Below, piece by piece: positions 1-9,175 of a stretch of 64,000 bases of DNA (the first letter of the stretch is position 1; each line of letters opens with the position of its first letter). A model generated the notes under the pieces. That model made no database searches, was not told where the DNA came from, and saw only the letters and a list, made by a program, of their open reading frames with translations. The stretch comes from Lophium mytilinum (taxonomy: Eukaryota), in the NCBI GenBank assembly GCA_010093605.1, contig MU004189.1:1557834-1621833 (forward strand), written 5' to 3'. Both the position numbers and the translations under genes were made by a program.

Positions 1-2038
1 GATGGAGTCCAATCATACCCTGGTGGCCAGTCTTTGGAGACCGTCGAAGATCATGTGGCTCGTCAAGTAACGCTTTACGTTCTAAGATTCAAGGAGGTCG
101 TGTTCGTCCAGAATTTGCTTGAAGATGACCGGTTTTCCAACGTATCAGAGTCCTACCTGAAGCGAAACCCTGTAGGCAAAGCAGTCATAGCAATCCCTAT
201 ATTGCACGGAAACGACGACATTCTACTCGGCTCGATATACGTCGAAGGACCCCCAAATAGCTTCACTGAAAGGAACACAAACGTCCTCCGACTCCTTGTC
301 AACCAAATTGCCATATCGCTTGCCAATGCTCTACTTTTCAAGCGGGTCGAAAAAGTGCGCGCGAGCAATGCAGCTATGTTGGAAATGCAAAAGAACTCTC
401 TAGTCCAAGCACGGGAAGCTGAAAACAAAGCAAAGGAAGCAGAAGCCGTCGCTATTCGCACGATGAAGTTGAAAGAGGAGGCAGCCAAGGCGAAGTCCCT
501 TTTCCTTGCGAACGTGTCGCACGAGCTACGCACGCCTCTCAACGGTGTTATTGGCATGAGTGAGCTTCTCAAAGCTAGTCCACTCAACGCTGAGCAAGCG
601 GGATATGCAGATAGCATCCGCGTTTGTGCAGATACCCTTCTTTCGATCATCAACGACTTGCTAGACTACAGCAAACTGGAGGCTGGCAAGATGAGTATGA
701 TATCGATGCCACTGAGCTTGACAGAAACAATTACCGAAGTCGTTCGTGCGTTGTCGTACACGAATGCCGAACGAGGGCTAAAAACCATAGAGCAGCTAGA
801 ACTAGATCCCGATCTATTCGTCATGGGAGATCCTGTCCGTCTCCATCAGATTTTGATGAATTTACTCTCGAACAGCTACAAGTTCACGCCCAATGGCTCG
901 GTTACAGTCAAAGCTACTGTGCAGCGAGAAGACGCAGACACAATTGACATCACTTGCAGCGTCATAGACACTGGAATTGGTATACCGGACGAGCAAAAGA
1001 AGAAGCTCTTCCTTCCATTCAGCCAAATCGAAAGCTCCAGCTCACGGAGCTATGGTGGTACCGGCCTAGGGCTGAGTATCTGCAAAGCAATCATCGAAAA
1101 CGTAATGATGGGCAAGATCTGGCTCGAGAGCACACCAGGAGTGGGAACTACGGTATCATTCTCGCTTAAGTTCAAAAAGATTCCTAAATCGGAGGCTATG
1201 CGAATGGAATGGGATTCGCGCGATCCCGATCCCATGGCGAAGTTTTCTGCTCAGGAGAACAATGGCCACGAGCAGCTACCAAACGGTTGTATTGATCTCT
1301 CTAAGGTTCCAAGGAAAGAGCTTCGTATTTGCATAGCCGAAGACAATCTCATCAACCAGCGGATAGCGATTTCGTTTGTGCAGAGGCTTGGGTTCATGTG
1401 CGAAGCTTGCGCAGATGGCCGGAAGACAATAGATGCGCTCGAGAAGGCAAGCGAAGAGGGTTTCCCGTTCCATCTTGTAAGCATAATTCCTGAAAGTATC
1501 CTTTGGGGGCAAAGCTGACATCCGATTTAGGTCTTGATGGACGTGCAGATGCCCGTCCTAGACGGCTACGACGCCACCAGAGAAATCCGACAGCACAAAG
1601 ATCCCGTAATCCGCAACGTCCTCATCATCGCCATGACCGCATCTGCTATTCAGGGGGACCGTGAAAAGTGCTTAGAGGCGGGCATGAACAATTACCTGGC
1701 AAAGCCAGTCCGGTACGCACCACGTCCCCTTTCTATCTCCCAGGTTACAGAAGTACATAAGCTAACGGTCGCATAGCGCCCAAACACTAAAAGCACTCCT
1801 CGAGTCCTATCTCTCCCAGCCTGAAAAGGACATGCCGGACCTCCAGCAACAGGCCAACACGCTCGCTAGACGGGTCATGATAGATGCTGAAAATGACGCC
1901 TCGGAAGTGAAAGAAAACCAGCGGCCCAAAAGCTCGAGGGAGAACACGGCGCTCCGGACGGGTGCGGTGCAGCAAGGGGCTCTCAAAGATTCGTCCACCA
2001 CCACCACCCCGACACCCGAAACAAATGGGACTTCTTGA
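1..2038 (+). CDS. Hybrid sensor histidine kinase, 3' part (GAF-HisKA-HATPase-REC; resembles group X/Chk1-Mak2/3 type); 5' end lies outside the window
   Basis: GAF-like segment, then H-box [16 protein letters not shown]-box [11 protein letters not shown] boxes DTGIG and GGTGLGL, and receiver AEDN...VLMDVQMP...KP. Introns 1477-1530 (GTAAGC..TAG) and 1713-1776 (GTACGC..TAG) join the ORF pieces in frame to the stop at 2038. Confidence 0.93.
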
Positions 2039-2690
2039 TGGCGTTGATATCCTAGAAGCGCTGCTTTTTGTATACGACGAGATACATGGCATCACGAGCT
2101 GTAGGAGTTCGTTCATCGTCATGGATTTTCATGATCCATTGCTCTAGAGTTATTAAATACCCGGATGGTCAGGAGGATATCTGAGTGAACGTAAAGGGCG
2201 TCTGGAATGCAGGCTTTTCAAGACAACATCTGGTTATGGTTTTGGTTAGGGGCATCGCGCTGGTGTTGGTGGGTTTTCTTCTATATATTGATTGCGGCGA
2301 CGGAGCATGATTGCAGGACTCAGCATGCAAAGGGAGGAATTCACGAACACGTATATATGAAGCGGGAGCTAGGCGTTAGTGGGTGCAGTTTTCTTGGCTT
2401 CGATTGTCCGATAGATTAGACATCTGGCACTTGAAGTCGCCACAAAGGCTACAATGGAATGAATTTGCATCTAACTTCTTATTACTACCGTGGTGGAAAT
2501 TGCAAAGATCTCGTCAGTCAGTAGTCTTATTGCTAATCTGAGCCAGTGATCTTCCGTAAAGAATGATGACCAACATTCAGAAGTCCATCAGATTAGATTG
2601 ACGTCGGAGCGGAAAATCTATTCGGCAACTCTAATGACTCCACCATCCCAGCCCAAATTCTTTTTTGGCGTGTCATACTACAATGTTCTA

Positions 2691-4193
2691 ATGCGAAAAC
2701 TCCTCTGGACAATTACAAATGTTCGCTCCATCCTCGCCCCCTCAAGCCTCCGCCGCACAACTCACTCTGTGGCGGCCACCCCTACGGATGGTCACCTACT
2801 CGAATCCGCAACGATGAGCAACACCGAGGCCACAATGCCTTCCTCCTCGCCCATGAAGACCGACATCCTCCAAGTAGACACTTCTCGTATCGGAGAAATC
2901 AACACGAGCAACACCACAGACTCCCCCTTGGATAACTGGGATATCAAATGGGCAGTCAACACTCCCGACCTCGCAAACCTGCAACGCGCAGCCTCGGAAC
3001 TACGCACAACAAACACCCCCGTCGCCTTCCCCACGGAAACAGTATACGGCCTAGGCGCCGACGCGACACGCAGCGCCGCAGTCCTCGGAATCTTCGAAGC
3101 CAAGAAGCGGCCCGCCGACAACCCCCTCATCGTGCACTTCCACTCGCTGCAGCAACTCCGAACGCTGCTGCAACCCACCACCACCGACGGCACCGACGAC
3201 CCCATCCCCGCGATATACGCGCCGCTGATCCAGCGCTTCTGGCCGGGGCCGCTGACGCTCATCCTCCCGAACCCGCCCGGCTCGGCCCTGGCGCCTGAGG
3301 TCACGGCGGGGCTGCAGACGTTCGGCGCGCGCATGCCGCGCAGCCTGCTCGCGCTGTGTCTGATCAAGCTGGCGGGTGTGCCGCTGGCGGCGCCGTCGGC
3401 GAATGCGTCGACGCGGCCGTCGCCCACGGCGGCCGAGCACGTGAAGGACGATTTGGACGGGCGCATCCACACGATCTTGGACGGGGGGCCCTGTGGGGTT
3501 GGGGTGGAGAGCACGGTTGTGGATGGGCTCAGCTCGCCGCCGTCGATCTTGAGGCCGGGAGGGATCACGTTGGAGCAGCTTCGCCAGTGTCCGGGGTGGG
3601 AAGGGGTGGTTGTGGGCTATAAGGATAAGCCGGAGCAGGAGGGGCGGCCGAGAGCGCCGGGGATGAAGTATCGGCATTATTCGCCCAAGGCGACGGTTGC
3701 GCTGTTTGAAGCGGGCGCTGGGCAGCCTGATGTGGGGACTGTGTTGAGTTATGTGGGGAAGATGAGGAGGATTGGCATTATTAGGACGAAAGTGTGGAAG
3801 GCTGCGTGTGGGTTGGCTGTTGTAATCAACAACGGCGTCGACGAGAAAGAACTTCAAAATGGAGATGCCAAGGTCCCGACTCAGGAGGAGGTTGGAGATA
3901 AGGCAACCTCCCAGCCCGGTTTCCTCGATCTCCTACACTCCCTTGCCCCAATCCCTATCCCCCGAGCCCACCAAATGTCTCTCCAACTCAACGGCTCTCA
4001 AAACATCGAGATCTGGGATATCGATCTAGGAGCAGCCACGGCAGGGGTCGCGCGCGGTCTCTTCTCCGCCCTTCGCGAACTCGACAAACATGACGTCGAT
4101 GCCATATTCGTAGAGGGCGTCGACGACACTGAGGGCGACATTGCTACCGCAGTGATGAACCGGTTGAGGAAGGCTGCTGAGGTGAGGATATAG
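2691..4193 (+). CDS. SUA5: Threonylcarbamoyl-AMP synthase Sua5/TsaC (YrdC plus SUA5 domains)
   Basis: Motifs VAFPTETVYGLG, KKRPADNPLIVH, APSANAS, GVESTV, PGMKYRHYSP and VMNRLRKAA. Intronless. First ATG at 2691, second in-frame ATG at 2814. Confidence 0.96.
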   Translation: MRKLLWTITNVRSILAPSSLRRTTHSVAATPTDGHLLESATMSNTEATMPSSSPMKTDILQVDTSRIGEINTSNTTDSPLDNWDIKWAVNTPDLANLQRAASELRTTNTPVAFPTETVYGLGADATRSAAVLGIFEAKKRPADNPLIVHFHSLQQLRTLLQPTTTDGTDDPIPAIYAPLIQRFWPGPLTLILPNPPGSALAPEVTAGLQTFGARMPRSLLALCLIKLAGVPLAAPSANASTRPSPTAAEHVKDDLDGRIHTILDGGPCGVGVESTVVDGLSSPPSILRPGGITLEQLRQCPGWEGVVVGYKDKPEQEGRPRAPGMKYRHYSPKATVALFEAGAGQPDVGTVLSYVGKMRRIGIIRTKVWKAACGLAVVINNGVDEKELQNGDAKVPTQEEVGDKATSQPGFLDLLHSLAPIPIPRAHQMSLQLNGSQNIEIWDIDLGAATAGVARGLFSALRELDKHDVDAIFVEGVDDTEGDIATAVMNRLRKAAEVRI

Positions 4194-4208
4194 AAAACCA
4201 TATAGACA

Positions 4209-5530
4209 CATTGTAACCTCCCATCTTGTCAATCCTACGATTAACAAAACGACACATCCAATTCGAAAGTGTTGTATTACTCGGGGACAGGCTTGCAATA
4301 CCATGCGTGGGTGGGGCAGCTGTGCTCGAACGGCGGATAAGTGAGATCATCTCCACGCTCGTCTCCGCTATTACTGGCCGTACACTCTTGAATTAACGTA
4401 CGACGAGGGCTGTCCGGCTCAGAACTAAATCGCCTAGCATAGAACCTAGGTAGGGAATAGTAGCATCACGTCTCCCTCTTGATCACGTTTGCGAGTGTCA
4501 GTCCAAGCGAATGAAGTCTAGGGCAACACGCGTTCGTTCCTGTGGTACACTTTCCGGGAGTGGTAGCCTTGCAATGGTAGAGTCCGGTACGCCCGCAAAG
4601 TATCCTCTCTACGAGGGTTACAAGTTGTATTTCCGGCGTCGACTTTGCGGTCCCACTCTCCTTTCGCTGATATTTGCGCGAGTAGTAGGTCTGACCAGCG
4701 TATGTACGTACGAACGCGCAATCATCAGCATCACACTTGGCAAGCTAGCCAAGCTTCGAGCAAGAAACTACGACATCATCATCGTCAACAGCTCACAGAG
4801 CGAGGGGAAGTTGCGATACGCGTTGCCCTAGCACCTCATCCGCCAAACGACGAGCTCCACACTGGTCTAGAACAGTCGGAATGCCGACGACCCCACACCG
4901 AGACATAGATGCTTGCGGGGTTTGGGAGAGTCAGTGGACGGAGAATGTCTCGGGGAGTGCTGCGGCCAACTATGTGTGGTGGAATACGCTTGCTCACCCT
5001 CGCTCCCACTCCAGTCTGAAAGCGAGTCAAGCAGAAATGACTTCCTTCGTGACTAAAATGCGAATGGTTGGTAGGAGGATGTCCGGTCTCGCGATACAGA
5101 GCGCGTCTGGCATCTGTGCATGTCCTAGACTTATGAAGTCTTGGCTAGAAATGTGGTATAGAAGAGAGTAATAAATATGGAGACGTAAAACGGTCGCTTC
5201 TTCCCGTGCCCGTGATCCAACATTATTAAATAGTGCCCATGTGAAGGACATTTGATTGGTATGGTTAAGAACCAATCACATTCCCGAAAAACGGGGTGCC
5301 TGAATTAGTGTACCAGAGTTTGGAGGGGTGCTAGTTAGTTGATTTGCGGAGGGTGAGGAGATGGTCATCATAGTAACATAAGAGGTGGATGGAGAAAGTA
5401 GGGAGTTGAATTCTGTTGGGAGTAGACTAAGAACGGGTAAGAGCATGTGGGGTGTTCGGAGCTTATGTTTCGCTGTCTAATGAATTGATGAGATTGGGAA
5501 GGAAAAAAAAGACTGTTCACCTCGACTTCG
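4209..5530 (-). ncRNA. Candidate long structured non-coding RNA of unknown family (possibly a large H/ACA-like RNA)
   Basis: No recognisable protein. Minus-strand TATAAAT at 5558-5552 is followed by a pyrimidine-rich leader. Many nested inverted repeats, including a ~25-bp stem (4507-4533 with 4818-4843). Terminal hairpin 4221-4252 is followed by ACA (4214-4212). Ends are approximate. Confidence 0.45.
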
Positions 5531-5753
5531 TATTGAAGCGTCTGACACGCAATTTATAGGCATCATGAACCCGCTATAAATGCAGAGACTGAAGAGGCGT
5601 CGTAGTCATTGGGCAGAGCGTCTCGCCTTGCTCAGTGGCGCTAAAGGCCCGGTAGGAAAGGCTAGTTTACGTGATGATGTACAAGATGAGCATACTTCAT
5701 TCAGTCTGCTTACAGGGTCTACTCAGTAAGAATAGAAGCAGAGTTCTCTCCTC

Positions 5754-7168
5754 CTAAGCAAGGACCTTGTCTGCAGCCGACACTAGCAGAAAGTTAGTTG
5801 TAGCTGCATGTTGTCTACAAGGACACTCACCACTGATTCCGGTATTGTCTGGTTCAACGAAGGCCTCTTTGACTTTCCCGTCTTCAACAAGAAGGGCATA
5901 TCGTTTGCCACGCGGGCCTCCGAAGATGGCGCTAGCATCGAAGTCAAGGTCTAAGGCCTTGGTGAAAGCTAGGGCAGGGTCGGCGATGAAGCGGATCTGT
6001 TGAGGTTAGCTAACCATCCAGTAAATAATTAAGGATGTAGGAGTTGAGATCCGAAGGATGATAATTGATGTGATTGCATGAGAGAAGAGGCTGCTTACTC
6101 CGCTCTTTCCAGTGGGATCGAGGGCCTGTCCCCATGCTTTCATTCTGATGGATGTTAGCACTAAGCATATTCGGAATTCCATGTAATTTATTGGAAAGTT
6201 TCATAGAAGCCGACGATAATTCTGTCTGAGCAAACTAGGCCTAATTGGGTGTTTCAAAGTCTGAAACAATTGTGGGGTGGTGAGGGAGAGACCCGTGGGT
6301 CAGAATGGCGCTCGAGGTCGAGACTTTATCGCCTCATCATCGAATCCACCAGCCAAGGCTCGATAACCACCATTGAAGACCGACGTTGACAGGAAAAGAG
6401 ATGATGTTTGACATACACGAAGGCGTCATTGACCGATACAACGAAGACGGGGCCGGCATCCTTCAGCTTGGGAGAGTTGATATAGCCAGGGATGTGGGAC
6501 TCGGAGCAGCCAGGACTGAAAGCCGCAGGAACACCTGCATCGCGGCTGAAGTTAGAAAGTGATACGAGTCGGATTACGAGTGACCTCTGGTATTGGAGAT
6601 GTTGCCCTGGTGCTGTTCGGTAACGAGTTGCAGTGCTATGATGTTCTACCGTGGGCGCTCGTCACTCGTGCTGAGGTGCTTCAATGCCTTTCCAAGAATC
6701 TAGGTGCAAATGACTGGCTCTTTGAATTGGATCGATGACACTGGCGACTTAGAATAGTAATATATAACTTGAAGTCCCTGAAGTCACAGGTAGGACGTAA
6801 TGAGCGCGTTAATTTTAAGAAGAGGCATTGAAACACGCAAGCAGTGATGATGGAGTGCACCCGGAGAATGGCTAGCACTGCAAACTGAGGTCATTGATGT
6901 TGTTTTTTGCTTACCCACAATCACACCCTTCCCCGTGAGCTCCTTGGCGAGGCTGAGCTTGGTGCCGGGCGAGTTCTCCATCAGGTCCACATCGGGGATG
7001 CGATCGCCAGCCTTGACGAAGACGGGCGGCGAGATGTGAAATTGGCGTCCGCTGTGGCGGCCAAGAGCGGTCCGCGCTGCGGGCTGCGAAATGTCAGGTG
7101 GAGGCACTGGCACGAAGCTGACTAGGGGTACAGACACTGGCGCGCAGGAGGCGATTTGCTGCGAACAT
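5754..7168 (-). CDS. Prx5/Ahp1-type (Redoxin) peroxiredoxin with mitochondrial-type presequence and a single Cys
   Basis: Six exons assembled by eye: MFAANRLLRAS|PAARTALGRHSGRQFHISPPVFVKAGDRIPDV...GVIVG|VPAAFSPGCSESHIPGY...VSVNDAFV|MKAWGQALDPTGKSG|IRFIADP...KRYALLVEDGKVK...|SAADKVLA*. Contains the peroxidatic PxxFSPGC motif and VNDxFVMxAW. Confidence 0.93.
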
Positions 7169-9175
7169 GCTGCAGGTGGCGAGCAGGCGAGGTGCTTGTT
7201 CGGCGAGTCAGCGGCGCTATGGGCGGCGGGTGTGGACGTGGTGGAGGTTGATGAGGTGGAGGAGATGGGAATGCCGGGTCGAGGAGTGCCACAGAGGCCG
7301 TGAAACGTGTGGTGGCCGAGGAGGCTTTCACGACATCCGACCGAAGGCCGCAAGCCCGCAAGCCGGCAAGCCCACCTGGAAAGCCGCCGTGCCAGGTGCT
7401 CGGGCCAGTGTCGATCGGCCCCTGCTTGGGGATACGGGATTTTCAAGATGTGGCGTTTCATGCGCGGATGCAGCCCGTGCGGCCTGGGATGCAGCTGTCA
7501 GCTGCGATGCTGAGCCGACCCAGTGCGTCACCATGGAGAGAAGAACAGGCCGAACAGGCCACCACTTCACGGCCCGCTCTCGCAGCCGGCATGAAAAGGC
7601 CACAAGGGTCTCCCTATGTCAGTGAACCACACCCATGTCCGGGCCCGTCGAATATCGAAAGCGGCCGAGCTGCTGCTGCCGATCCTCGCAAGCCGCCTCT
7701 CCCAAGCTGCGAGCATTCTCCACATGCACTTGTGTCGCAGCCGTCCATCTCTAATGCTCGCTATTACACTACGTACTGCACTGTGGCAGCCGTGCTATTT
7801 CAGGATGCAAAAGCACCCCAGCCGCTCCTCTTTTGCGAGTGTGCAGAGAGCCAATCGGCTGAGAGTGCAGCTTCGCCTGGCTGCGATTCGCAAGATTCAC
7901 GCCGTGCTGGTCGATCTCTGCCCGCTAGGTGTGAACCCTGGCGACACAGTAAAGTGCTTCTGTTGCTTGCAGCAGGGTTGCTTCGCTTTGGCCTGTCGGT
8001 ACGCCGCCTGCTTTTTACCGCCTTTCCGTCTTTCCTCTAGCCATTCCGCCTTCAATGAGGCGCCTGGAGAATGGCAAGAAGGCGGCGCCAAGGTTGAGGT
8101 TGACGTTGACGTTGTACTGTACATACCAACCATGGATCACTGCGAGCAATGCCACGAATACTGCATTTCGCGGGCCTATGAACTGATGACTCTGAGTAAC
8201 CGTTTCCACAAAATGCATTTGCGTGGCCTTTAAAGGGAACGTTTCTCAATTTGTAGCTTGAGCCACGCCATCGCGCGCCTGTACTTCATTTATAGACATA
8301 CTCATCTATTTTCGAACATCTCCACCTACTTCAACACACAAACGTACCTGTTGGGCATGGTCCCAACACCCGACGACGTAATCTAAAGGCTCTGCGTGTG
8401 CCGATGGACTTGCTAAGACGAAGAAGTCGAGGTAGGCATATCGCCTTAGGCGGGTTAAGAATCGAACACCGCCCTCCAGAAGGGTACCGAGAGTTAGGGA
8501 AGAGCACACCTCATTGTCCCTCCAAGACCCCCCCCGTCCTCTCCCCCCGCGTTGATTCCTCTTCGCGTTAAGGAGCACATCGCGGAGGCTAGTGGCTTGT
8601 CCCCATTCGCCCCAAGACGCCCCAGTGGACGTCCTTCAGCCCACGCCAATCTCACACCTCTCTACCGACCTGCAGCCCGCGCTAGCCACAACTAACGACG
8701 GCAAGTTCTTGCCCAGGTGGGCACATTCCTCTCATCTCGCACTAGCTGCTGCCGCTACGACAGGGAGAGGAGGGACGCCAATAACCCTATCCGCACCTCT
8801 TCATCCGCCCTTACCCAGCCCTGGCGCCGCCTCCCTCCATCCTTCTCCATCTCCACCGCACAATACCCATCACTTGAGCAGTGCTCGTTCCACACCACCT
8901 CCGCCTTTCCCTCGTGGACGTCGTCGCATCCGAAGCCTTCGCCCTTTATCGATAGCCCCCAGCAGCCATCCACCACCTCGGTTTCTCGCACCTCAAAGGC
9001 ACGTAGTGCGCCGCGCATCCCGCATTGTACTGGTCGCACTCACCATTCTCGACCATCTCACGCGCGGAGCCTCGACCCTGACCCTAGGAAGTCTCCTAAG
9101 AAAGCAACTATCGTCCCTCGATCCATTGTTGGCCAGTTGGAAGTCGAGCAGTCGCCGAAAGGCTTTGCCTTCACG

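Noticed and set aside
2792..3857. 258-aa and 268-aa antisense ORFs within SUA5 (and similar shadow ORFs in other genes)
   Set aside because: Expected shadows of GC-rich codon usage on the opposite strand, with no independent motifs.
4610..4625. TAACCCT on the minus strand as a telomerase RNA template for the structured RNA
   Set aside because: Only 7 nt, not the ~1.5-repeat TAACCCTAA expected, and it lies in a local hairpin. I could not identify a pseudoknot or P6.1. Not excluded, but unsupported.
5027..5275. 82-aa minus-strand ORF as a small protein gene
   Set aside because: No recognisable family or compositional coding signal, and it overlaps the structured non-coding region. It cannot be fully excluded without Ribo-seq.
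6535..6914. TPP riboswitch or group I intron as the explanation for the structured intron
   Set aside because: No TPP aptamer motifs (CUGAGA, GAUAAU-type core) and no P7-like group I core were seen. The host gene is unrelated to thiamine and the intron has normal spliceosomal signals.
6784..8249. Long overlapping ORFs (225, 246 and 205 aa) around the peroxiredoxin promoter
   Set aside because: GC-rich low-complexity frames with no domain signal. Only the part of 6784-7461 matching peroxiredoxin exon 2 is coding.
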